Under the pieces are notes generated by a model, which worked only from the letters and a program-made list of their open reading frames with translations, did no database searches and was not told where the DNA came from. A stretch of DNA of 64,000 bases, from positions 2,790,001-2,854,000 of the forward strand of contig BQFW01000001.1 in NCBI GenBank assembly GCA_020891255.1, given 5' to 3'. Shown here in pieces: positions 1 to 11,000 of the stretch; within the stretch, counting starts at the first letter, position 1; each line of letters starts with the position of its first letter. The translations under genes were made by a program, and so were the position numbers. Source of the stretch: Entomortierella parvispora E1425. Taxonomy: Eukaryota; Fungi; Mortierellomycota.

Positions 1-12
1 TTCTTGCTCATC

Positions 13-2568
13 ATGGACGACCCCTACGAGGACAGGTCCATGCCTGCTGACTATGGAAACAATGCCGACCTGGAGGATCTCGACCTCGAGGACATGAAGC
101 CTCCCCAGCTGGATTACTACGCCGTCCTGAATCTGTCAAAGTCTGTGCGTGCCTCACTCCTCACTCCTCACCCCTTCTACTCAGTTTTTGCTGTTGTCCG
201 GAAAGCTCCCACGGGAACTTTTTGCTTGCGCACCGACTGCACCTGACTAACCGCGTCGGAATTCTCTTGTTGTACATAACAATAACGCAGGCAACAGAGG
301 ACGATATCAAGGACTCTTACAAACGACTTAGTAGAATCTTTCACCCTGACAAGCACAGTGATCCCACGTTGAAGAAGGCTGCAGAGACAAAGTTTCATGT
401 CATCAACAAGGCCTTTGAAGGTATGCCTAAAAGAAAAAGATGGATCAAAAATCAGATCTCCTCATGACCTTGGCAACTAATTCAACTCTCTGTCTGATTA
501 GTTTTGAGCAACCCTCAACTCCGAGCTGCTTATGACGAATATGGCGAGGAAGGACTGAACACAAAGTGGGAAGTGGGACACAGGATCAAGACCCCTCAGG
601 AGGTAACGATGACTTGATGACAGACCGGACGATCTACCCAACATCTGCCAACGGCTAATTCAAAAACATCTTGTTCCCTGTTTACAGCTCAGAGAGGAAT
701 ACGCTCGTCTTGCAAGGGAGAAGAAGGAGATGGAACTGGAGAGTTTGGTTCGATCCAAGAATGACATCACCATCAATGTGAACGCAACCCGTGTTTTCAA
801 GGGAGAGGAGATTCTCTCTCCTTTTGGGGGCACTACTTTTGCCAAGCAGTCTTCAGGAGGATATTTGAGCGCGCTCAAAAGAATGCAGATCATGCAACTT
901 TACATGAAGAACTCTTTTGAGGTAAACGATATTGGGCTTTTTTTTTTTGACAGTGGAATACGGCAGATGGTACAGAGTTTTACTCACCTTTTTTTTTTTT
1001 TTTTTTTTGGTCAATTTATAGACTCCATTTGGAGCTAGGACCCAAATGATTGTGGGCGGACAGATGACAGCAAGCTCAGGCATGGGAGGAGGAAACGTCG
1101 TCGGTACTCTTCGTCACAGCTTTTCTCAGAACCTGAACGTTGAGGTAAATTCTCCTTGATTATGAAATGGACTCTGAGGACTGAAATCAGGAGCTTTTGG
1201 AAATAACACAATATTGGCAAATTATAGGTTGGCTCGTCCTTGCTCAACCCCAGGATTGGTGTGCTCAAGGGAACGTATTCAATTGATCCCCTGACTTTTA
1301 TTACTGGAACGGCCCAAGTCAGACACTTCAACGCGCCTGCTCCTCTTGTTTTGACTTTTGGACGAAAAATCACCCAAAAGGCCACAGGATACATGACCTA
1401 CCGCACCGGAGAATGGGCTATTGGATCATGGGGGCCTGTTTTCGACAGGCGTCGAGACTTCTCCTCTTTGGCCCTTGGCTTCAGCTCGCAGGACGAAAAC
1501 GGAAGTTCCCAGGCCGAAATCCAGACTGGAATCATGCAGTCTCATCTTTCTGTTGATCACACCTGGACCTTGGATAGCTCAACAAGAGTCCGTGTAGGAG
1601 GAAGTCTTTCAACCACTGCAGGAATTAATGCCAGCATTGGAGGCGATCGTAAAATCACTGAACATACTAAGGTCGGATTAGCCGTAGAGTTTGGACTCTC
1701 TGGAGGCGTTGCCTTCAACATCAAGTAAGAGATCGTTTCGATGGTGCAACCGTGTACGTTGTTATCCATGTGAGCCCCTTCTAACCTTTGATGACCATTC
1801 TAGGGTCAAGCGTTTGGGCCAGAGTTTGACGATGCCCATTGTGCTTGCTTCCGAGTTTAACCCACGACTTGTTCTCTGGGCAACAATTCTTCCCCTCTGC
1901 GCCGTCACAGCTCTGGATATGGGATATGCAAAGCCAAAGAAGAGACGCGAGAGACAGGCCAAACTTAAAGAACTTCGGGAAGTTCATGCCGAGTTTATTG
2001 CCACGCAAAAGAAGGAGGCACAAGAAGCCATTGATCTTTTGAGAGAATCCACCAACCTTAAAACACAGCAGGAACAGGACAAGGATGGACTTGTGATTAT
2101 CGCGGCCGTCTATGGAAACCTCCAGGCTGCTCCTGAGCTGGGTTTGGTCACTGATGTGACTATCCCTGTGCAAGCTTTGGTGAACAACTCGCAATTGTCG
2201 ATGCCCGCTGGTCACTCCAAGGTGCGTTGTTTTAACTCGTTGCTCAGCCGTTGGACCTATATGCCCTATTGGAGGAGCAGATGATTTCTAACAAAACCGA
2301 TTTTTTGACATTGCGACTTCTATAGAACCACATTTTGGGCTTTTACGACCCATGCTTGGGTGAGAAGAAGCAGCTCCGGATAAGATACGAGTTCCGGAGA
2401 AGAATGCACGAGGTTGTCGTGTCAGACCTGGCGTCTGTTGCAGCCCCCGTTCGCTGTAAGTCCTCTTTCCAAGAGAAGTTCATATTTGACATGCTTCCTT
2501 GAACCACAAATTCTAATTCAAGTTTCCATGTCTTTTTTTTCCCCTCAATAGCACATCTCTTGGCATAG
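13..2568 (+). CDS. DNAJC11: DnaJ homolog subfamily C member 11 (mitochondrial J-protein), multi-exon
   Basis: The J-domain is split over exons (LDYYAVLNLSKS|ATEDDIKDSYKRLSRIFHPDKH with HPD; VLSNPQLRAAYDEYGEEGL). The C-terminus reads GLVIIAAVYG...DVTIPVQALV...GFYDPCLGEKKQLRIRYEFR. GT-AG introns join the ORF fragments, and the last mini-exon gives RSHLLA* ending at 2568. Confidence 0.92.
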
Positions 2569-2939
2569 AATATTGCCCGTTTGATACTGGCATGAAATAC
2601 AAAAACACGCACACACTCTTTTAATGAAAAATATCCATGAACTCTTGAATGTGATCCTCTCGATCGCCAATGTCTAGAAAGTCCTAGAGTGTGGTGTTGA
2701 GGATACGTGCACGCGGCGGTCCTGAGCCCTGGTCATGATGTAGTACGTGGGAGTTGTGAACGGACAACTGTTTGCACCACTATAGAGATGTCGCGTGCTC
2801 TGTCTTTTTGATTCTTCAGTAGCTTTGGGTAAGAAGTATTGAGGATCATCTTGCTATTGTTGCATGTTCGCCTGTCGTCCTTGTGGCGGGGTATCGGGTG
2901 AGAAGGAAGGGGAGGGAGGAAGTAAGGAGAGATTGAGGA

Positions 2940-3319
2940 TCATTGACTGCTTTGACTGAGGGCAGGATCCCGACTGCTGTAGATATCGTCGCCCTCGTTG
3001 AGCTGAGAAGCTGAAGCATGAAAGTTTTTCCAGAGTTGCGAGAGCTGTTCGAATTCCTGCCCAATGGTGATGATTGTCTCGAGACTCCGGTTTAGGTTAT
3101 TGACATTGGCAATGACTTGACTCATTTCCTAAAGTTTTGCAGGTCACAAAGACAATAGAATCAATGACATGGTTCCTTTGACGCGAAATCTCTTCTTCGT
3201 TGACCATGAGGAACGTAGATGAATGAGATGTGTACCATGTTGATGTCAGAGACGAGTCTAGAGCGTTCGGCCTCGAAGGCGGCTGTGTCTCCTGCGGATC
3301 CCTGCTGAGCAACTGCCAT
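2940..3319 (-). CDS. DAD1: DASH/Dam1 outer-kinetochore complex subunit Dad1, 2 exons
   Basis: Exon 1 (MAVAQQGSAGDTAAFEAERSRLVSDINM) splices via GTACAC...TTTAG to EMSQVIANVNNLNRSLETIITIGQEFEQLSQLWKNFH. This matches the Dad1 pattern FE..R..L...I...M..V..N...LNRSLE....G.EF......W..F. Confidence 0.85.
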
Positions 3320-3684
3320 TGGAACGGATTGGTGGCGACGAGTGGAGCGGCAGAAAGGGTTGAATGCAAGAATGCAAGAAACAAAGAAAGAAAGAAAGAA
3401 AGAAGCAAGCAAACAAACCGAGAATGAAACCCAAGGAACGGAACCCGAAGGGTTCTCCGCCACAAAAAAAAGAATCCAAAAAATCAAAGTTGACTGGAAC
3501 CTGCCCTGCAGCCACGGACAATGAACGTGCGCCAGGAGCGAAATGTCCGTTCCTTTCCCGAGTTTCTTTTTTTCTCTTCCCCCTCTCCCTCTCCATCTCT
3601 TTCTCCTGTTCCTCTTCTTTCCTTCTTTCTTGGCTCCTTCACACTTCCTCTTCTCCTCCATCTTCCTCTCCTCCATACTTCCAT

Positions 3685-5395
3685 ATGTCGTCCTCCCCCG
3701 ATGGAAACCCTCCGCCTTTCAGGGACAGGCTTAAAGAGACCATCCACACCTACTTCAAATTTGGCTACACCACCTTCGGCGGCCCTGCTGCCCACATTGC
3801 CATCCTCTACGACGATATCGTTATCCGCCGCCAATGGATCTCGAACGAACAGTTCACTGAGCTCTTTGCCATCTGTCAAGCCCTCCCTGGTCCCGCCAGC
3901 ACCGAACTCGCTTACTCGCTCTCGCTCGTCAGATCTGGGTTCCTTTGTGCTATTGTCGCGTTTCTCCTCTGGAGGTAAAAAAAAAAAAAGCACTCACAGT
4001 TTAAGCTCATTCTTTTTTTGTTGTTGTTGTACTGAAGTGCATGCATCCCCTGCTTCTATCTTCCGAATAGCCTACCTGGAGCGATCGTCATGACGGTAGC
4101 AGGGGTGTTGATTGGCAAGATCAAGAGCGACATTCCACTGTGGGCAACTCGACTGGAACAGGGACTTGCTTCCGCCGCCATTGGTCTCGTGGCTTTGGCG
4201 GCCTACAAAATGTCGACCACCCTGGCGACTGATAAACTTACCAGGATCCTGGCTCTAGTGGCGGGAAGTGTCTCGGCTCTGTACAGCGCGCCTTGGCTGC
4301 TTCCAGTCATGATGATTGCAGGGGGTCTTGTCAGTTATATCTTTGACACCTTCTTGCAGCCGCTCTATATCAAGACGACCGAGAGGCGGGAGAGCAAGTC
4401 TGACAATAATGAACAAATAGCTGGGAATGCGGAAGCCCACAGCGATCAACTTTCGACTGTGGTTCAGGACATGGATCTTGAACAAGGACATCCGGATGCT
4501 GCTCTGGAGCTCGCAAATGTAGATGAACCGAAGGCCAAGAATAGTAGCGATAGTACGTCTCTTCGAAACCGCAATCGAATCGACTCTACAGTGGTAGACA
4601 TGGACGCCGACCTAAACCCCGTAACGAGCGAAAAGGTAGCAACTCTTTTTTTTTTTTTGGAGGAAGACACTTTTCTTCAGGATCCCAAGACAAGACTAAC
4701 CAACCGATCGGATACAGTTTGAGGCGCGTCGTTTGTTGTTTACCTATTCGAAAAAGCTAGGTCTAGCCTTTTTTGCCGTCTTTCTCGTATTGTTGATAGC
4801 CGCCATCCTAGTACGTGTCCTCGTTCCGACCTCCACTGAAGCGGAATATGGTCAACTAGTTGCGACGTTTTACTTTGTCGGATCCATCATCTTTGGTGGC
4901 GGACCCGTCATCATCCCTCTCCTTAAGACCTACACCGTCGACTCTGGATGGATGACCGATCAACAGTTCCTGGTCGGACTCGCTTTGATCCAATCCCTGC
5001 CAGGACCCAATTTCAACTTTGCCTGTTTCCTGGGGGCTGTGGCAATGGTCAACGCAAACCAGAGTGGCGTCGCTGGAGCTGTTCTCTGTTACTTGGCCAT
5101 TTTTTTCCCAGGGTTGATTCTCAAGAATGCCATCATTCCGTTTTGGCAGTTTGTACGAAAACACGCTGCTGTGAAACGCATCTTCAGAGGTGTAAACGCC
5201 TGTGCGTTGGGCTTGGTCTTTTCAGCCATGTGGCTGCTATGGATACAGACGAATGCTATGGGAGGCAACAGTGGATACCATGCCGTGATTGCCAGTATAG
5301 CATTCGTGTTCTCGGGTTATCTGAACATACCCGCACCACTGGTCATTCTTCTCGGAGGTGCGCTGGGTGCAATTGAATACGCTGTCTCTGTGTGA
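3685..5395 (+). CDS. Long-chain chromate ion transporter (CHR family), 3 exons
   Basis: Two homologous halves carry the CHR motifs FGYTTFGGPAAHIAIL...FAICQALPGPASTE and GSIIFGGGPVIIPLL...GLALIQSLPGPNFNFA. There are multiple hydrophobic helices. Confidence 0.92.
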
Positions 5396-6016
5396 CCCCA
5401 GCTCTATAGTTCTCTGTACAATACCCTACCTTGAGATAATATTAAAAAGTGGTGGTCCAGTATGGATGCAAACATATCAAAAGAGAATGGCCAAAAAAAA
5501 ATCAACATGTGTGTTTACATACAAAGTTTTATTGTCGTCGAGGCCTTACAACCTTCAAGTGTATTTCGACGATCTCGATCCTTGATATATTTGCATTCAT
5601 AGGAGAGTTCCAGAAGGCCTGTATAGACGTGGACGCCATAAGTCGCATATCGAAAGTGTTGGAATTAAACGAGTCAATCATCCACAAGCCGTCATCAAAG
5701 ATCATGGCCATGTCGCCATGGTGTGGTGAGACTCGACAAATCCTAGAGAGACATTTTGTAAATAAAACTCCCGGTAATGAAGGGGGTCTTGGGAGAATAA
5801 CATTGGCTATCTTGAGCCATAAACCTGATCGAGAGAAGTTTACCCATCAAAAGTCAAGGAGACTTTTCGACGGCTTCCTTTGTTTGTGGGGGGGGGGGAT
5901 TACGAGTTCAGGCTCGACATAAAGATAATGGCACAGTGCCGTCCTTGCTCTTGACGAAAAGTATCAGGGAAGCTCAGAGTGGGGTCAAATCAGGCAGGAG
6001 GGGGCCGCGGGGGGGC

Positions 6017-6301
6017 TCGTACTTGAAATAGGTAATAGGCCCTTGAGTGCCACCCGAGATGGTCGAGTACGCTGAAAAGAGTTGCTTCCTGGAGTTCGTA
6101 CTTGAGAAGGGTAATGGTACTGACAGGTTTTGCTGGAACGATACATCGAGTTTGGGCCCAAGAGAGTGTGTTTTCTTTAAAAGTGCGTGTGTCTTGAAAG
6201 TCGGATAATTGGTTTGTACTGAATTGTTGGAGGATGCTCGGTCGAAAAAGGCGAGTGATGCTTTTTTTTGTTTTGAACGTTTCGTACTTGAAATAGGTAA
6301 T
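6017..6301. repeat. Three dispersed copies of a 20-bp motif TCGTACTTGAAATAGGTAAT
   Basis: Identical copies at 6017-6036 and 6282-6301, and a 3-mismatch copy at 6096-6115. Confidence 0.8.
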
Positions 6302-6858
6302 GGGCTTTTTGGTCTTGGGAAGGAAAAGCAGGAGGGGCTCTTTTGAATCATGGTGGAGGTGCTGGCAAGGCAAATCTCTCCCTTTCTATCCAGTGCCGAC
6401 AAGATGCAACAATGTTGGTCAACCAGAATTTTGCAATTTTATGGAAGGGACCCAGCGAGGGGGTTCTTTTTTTTTTTTTTCCTATTGTTTGCTTGTGTTA
6501 CCTTGGCTGGATCGCCATTGTTGTGTGCTCTCCTCCTTCTTGGACCAATGGTTGCTGGAAAAGAAAAATGGGGGACGAAGGTGGGCGGGGGACAGCCATT
6601 CATTCTGCTACTGCAGGTACAACAAATGGCCGTGAACTGAAGAACAACGGAGGGGTGATAATCTTTCTCAAACACTGGGTTCAGATCCTGGTTAAAGTCC
6701 TGGCGTGCAAGAGTTGGGGGAAGGGAAAAGACTGAAGGGAGTTTCAGTGGTTGAGAACCACGTCAGGACAAGAGTAACCGCAGGCAAAAAAAAGAGAGAG
6801 AGAGTGGAATCGCGTATCAGTGCCGTAAAGACTGGAGTCAACGGGAAGAAAAAATCCA

Positions 6859-6884
6859 CGCGAGGTTGTTTAAACAACCTCGCG
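6859..6884. repeat. Perfect 26-bp palindrome
   Basis: CGCGAGGTTGTTTAAACAACCTCGCG equals its own reverse complement. Confidence 0.95.
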
Positions 6885-7082
6885 CGGAGTGGAAAGGTGA
6901 ATGATGAGAGATGTGATGCCCAATGGAGAAGAAACGAGAGCGAGAGAAGGTGGGTATGAGGTTCACAAAACCTGCTGGAGTTGAAAGTGTCAAACGAGAA
7001 GAGGGAGTTTTGGCAGAGAAGGGAAAGAATGGGACCAGAAGGGTAGAAAGCACAGCTTGCCTTTTTTTCCGGCACCGCGTTA

Positions 7083-7130
7083 ATCACGTGGTATGACGTC
7101 ACGTGTATGTAATTTGTCATCACGTGATGA
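7083..7130. promoter_or_regulatory. Cluster of E-box (CACGTG x3) and CRE (TGACGTCA) motifs
   Basis: ATCACGTG 7083-7090, TGACGTCA 7094-7101, CACGTG 7100-7105, and the 14-bp palindrome TCATCACGTGATGA 7117-7130. Function is inferred. Confidence 0.5.
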
Positions 7131-7176
7131 GAAACGTTGGGTTTATTATTGAACTTTCTGACAACTTTGATGAATT

Positions 7177-7784
7177 TGTCGTGACTCTCGGTATCACGAC
7201 TGATCCTTAGGGTGTGTCGAGCGTGTTCTTCTACACTGGGCACCACAGTCAGCTACCTTGACTGTAATCGAGATGGAAGGGCAAAGAAAGGATATGTTTA
7301 ATAAGATATTCTGTGTGTTACTACTGATAGGGTTCTCAAGAGGGTTACCTGTAATCGAGATGGAAGGGCAAAGAAAGGATGCCGTTCTAAGTCTCGATAC
7401 AGAGCTACTTATACACTGAAGGTAGTGAAGTGAGACTATACTGCTGACACTATGGAAATAAATAGTGAAGGGCTTATGACTATTCTGGAATAGGGGCCCT
7501 AACGTCCGAGGTTTCAAAGAGCTTGGTCGACCGGCGTGGAGACAAGCTTTTGATTGGCAACGGTTGGTAGGTTAATGTCGGAGAAACATGAAATGCTCCG
7601 TTCGTGAGTATACACGGTTGAGGGTAGTCGACCTGGTGATAGTCAACGACGATGACGCGCGGCACAAGTGCAATGAGGGCGCGCAACAAGGGTCCATTCA
7701 TCAGGCGTGTCGGCGGTCAGGTGATCGTAAGTCATGTGATCAGACGCGGAGCTGGCGGGGATAAAAGCAGTCTGATTCACGACA
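7177..7784 (-). mobile_element. Isolated LTR (608 bp) of the Ty3/gypsy family whose body is at 61259-64000
   Basis: It is the reverse complement of 61259-61867 with only two differences seen by eye (one substitution, one 1-nt indel). The termini are TGTCGTGA...TCACGACA inverted repeats, and there is an internal 32-bp direct repeat (7262-7293, 7349-7380). No target-site duplication is visible. Confidence 0.95.
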
Positions 7785-7804
7785 TTGACAAGCTCCGACA
7801 ACAA

Positions 7805-7875
7805 GAAAGTGTAGTATATGGGTATCATTCCGGCCTTCCAAGCCTGAGAACCGGGTTCGAGTCCCGGCACTTTCA
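7805..7875 (+). tRNA. tRNA-Gly(TCC), atypical acceptor stem
   Basis: Acceptor stem GAAAGTG/CACTTTC plus discriminator A; anticodon arm CCGGC-CTTCCAA-GCCTG; T-arm CCGGG-TTCGAGT-CCCGG. A TTTT run follows immediately. Confidence 0.85.
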
Positions 7876-8034
7876 TTTTGCCTCCTTCCGAGGATCAGAA
7901 TTCTTTTTGTGGTCTCAAGGAAGGTGCCCTTTTGACCGTCCTGAATCAACTCCAAGAAACCCACGCCAGGATTTTTTTTCCTTTTTTTTTTTTTTTGGAA
8001 GAAGTGAAAAGGAGAGGTCTTTATTCTATTAACA

Positions 8035-11000
8035 CTACTTCCAGGTTGAGCCGGACACTATTGTAGGAGAACGATGCAAATTAGTACCTGGACATCACCG
8101 TTTGAAAGGAAAGAAATAAGACGGAAAAAGAAAAGAGCGAAAACTTACAAGAATTAGAAGAGACAGATCTCGCAGCTCCAAGTTTCGGGATTCGGCTGGT
8201 ATTAGGGGTGCTGATGCTGGAGCTGGTGCCACGTCCGATTTGATGGCTGGTGGCGGAATGCGGTATCGAGGATGAAGATGCAGATGAAGATGAGGATGAC
8301 AAAGAAGAGAGGCCATTGGGCACCACGATCGGCGGACAGACAGGATCCAGAGGATGAACTGACTCCTGATCAAGATATCGTGGTGGGTAAGATCCTGGAC
8401 TTCCTGCATCTGGGCCGGTCGTGTGTGTGTAATGGTGGGCGGGTGGAGAATAAAGACCAGTCCCCTCGGTCGCTCTGGAAGACGTTGGGGTTGACCTCGA
8501 TTGAGAGATGTACTCGGGAACATCCAATAGAGCTGATCCAGAGGGCGAAACAGGTGAACTATTGGCCATAAAGGCAGAGCTATGCGATCGACTCACGGAG
8601 GCTGAACGTCCTGTGCTTCTGGATGTTGGAGAGGTCACAGCAGAGGTGGTTGCAGAGGATGAAGTAGAGTTCTGCATAGTGTTCGATCTGGTCATCTGGG
8701 ATCGTCGCGTACTGCTGGGCAGACTCTTTTTGTTCTTTGGACATCCTCCATCCTCCATCAAATGTTGCTTCCATGAAGATTCGTCGCCTGGAGAAATAAT
8801 GGTCTGGCAAAGTGGACAACGGACAGTCGATTCTGGCACTCCTACAACAATGAAAACCCAGGGGAAGAAATAAATGAGTATGCAGGAAGATTAAGAGATC
8901 ATCGCTGTTGACCCTGATCAACTCTATAGGTCTCACTCACCTTGACAGCCCGTTGCGACGTGGGGCAAAAACATGTCGGCTGGCATGATCTCACGACACA
9001 TCTCACACTGCTTCACAAACTTCCGCCTTGTACACTCGTGAAGGATATGTTCTGTGAGAGTGGGGACTTCAATAATCTGGTGAATCGCAAAAAAGGAGAG
9101 AAAAAAAAAATTCAATGCAAACTCGAAAACGAAAAAGATCTGCTTCACCTCCCATCGCATGATTTTCCAACTTACAATCTTGCAAAACTGGCAATTCGCG
9201 AGCATGGCACATTCGCTCCAGTAATGTGTCACTAGCCCCTCGTCTGTGAATGCACTGTTCCGCTCATCGCAAAAGACACAGAACCTCTCTTTGGTTGAGC
9301 TAGACGGCGGGCTTGCATCTGATTGATTCGAGCTTTTTTCCACCGCAGGAACACCTGGCTTTTTCAGAGACCTCTGTTGGCCGGCCTTTGTCCTTGGTTG
9401 AAGAGGACGAACAGCCGTTCTGGGAGCTGTGCTCGGTGGTGTTGATGTCAATGACTACGAGGGCAGATCCGCAGGAGCAATGTCAGATCATGGTATTTTC
9501 AGTACGCAGACATCAAAGATGAGAATCCTACCTTTGTTGTTTCGGAAGAGGCTGTCGATTCGTTGGCCTCGTCGGGAGACATTGCGCTCTGTTTTTTGGC
9601 CATGGATTTTGGGATACCTAAAAAAAGGAAAGGCGGTCAGTTTCTCGAAAGATGGAAACGTCGCTCGCGTCAACAGGTGGTAATCCTTCTTACCGGTGTA
9701 CAAAGCCTGTGTTGCTTTGATGGAAGATCGAAGTGGCATCTTCAATCGCGCTTGATGGGCTAAAGCAGCATCTGACCGCTGTCTGGTGCTCTGGCGACTG
9801 GAGGGTTTAGAAGTAGTAGGTGACTCGGGTGGTTCGACCAAAAGCCTCTTGAGCGAGTCCATATGCAAGTCAACAAAAGGAATTGGACCCCGACCCTTGC
9901 TCGAACGAGAGGTATCGGATGGTGGTGAACGTGCCTCCTGTGACCGAGAAGAGGTATTGAGGGTTCTTTCTGCAGGTGGTGTCGGTGTCCTCAAGCTGGC
10001 AATGGTGGGTCTCTTGCGCTCCAGTTCTTTTTGAATGCTCTGCCAGATTTGAAAAAAAAAAAAAAAAAAAAAAAAATATGAGATTCCTCGCCATAGTCCC
10101 CTAAGTAGATAATGATCCTTCAGCGGCGGTGTCGTTCTTTCTCTTACCTCTATGATCAGTGGCTTTACTCCGGGCAGGAACTGCTCCACCCGTGTTTTGG
10201 ATAAAAACTTGCAAACATCAATGATGAGCTTTCTAGCCGCGACACGGACCTCGGCATTGGTATGATTGATGTAAGGAATCGCAAATTCGGTAATGTTCTA
10301 AAAAAATCCATTCAAGTTGTTAGAAGAGGGACAGGCGATATAGAACATTGATTTCCCCCTTTGCAAGTCCAAGGTATCCCTTTACCTCAAAGTCCAACCC
10401 GCCTGCGGTTCCGATCCCAGCAGTTCCATCATAGACACCAAATTCATTTGCCAAACGAGCCACGATCTCCACGCGTGCTTGAGCTTGTCGGTAAAGCACC
10501 GTACTCCTGGCCGGCTTGAACACCAAGGGGAGGACGGAATAAGGATGAGACCTGAAGCAATTACAGAGCATCACAATTCGATCGAGTGTCCCTTGGCGGA
10601 CTCTGGTATTAAGATCGGATGCACGGATCAACAACAGCGCGAAAATTGGTTCCAATGACTGGAATGTGGACGACGTTGGTACCTCATTTTGCAAGCTGAA
10701 TTCTAAAAGAAGGAAACCGTGGCGCTTGTTACTCTCTCTGAAAGCAAAACAATCTCCTAAAAGCGGCCGTCAAATATTTGTCCTGTCAAAAACTTACTGA
10801 CGACCTGATCCAAAAGCGCAAAGGACATAGAAACAACTTTTTCTCGCGTGTCGGTCAGAGCTGCATTCAAAATCTGAAAAGTGGCACTTGACAAAAGAAC
10901 CTACACGTTTTTCAAAAAAAAAAAAAAAAAAAGTTTTGTCAACAACAGCCAACCGTGATGAGAGAACGATCTGATTTGAGCTTTCCTGAGGCGAATCGTG

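Noticed and set aside
3097-3207. A possible 19-nt micro-intron giving a Dad1 start at MVNEEEISRQ
   Set aside because: A normal-sized intron from the upstream exon (FEAERSRLVSDINM) gives a much better Dad1 match.
5449-5922. 157-aa plus-strand ORF and overlapping minus-strand ORF downstream of the chromate transporter
   Set aside because: No domain recognised and no convincing splice structure.
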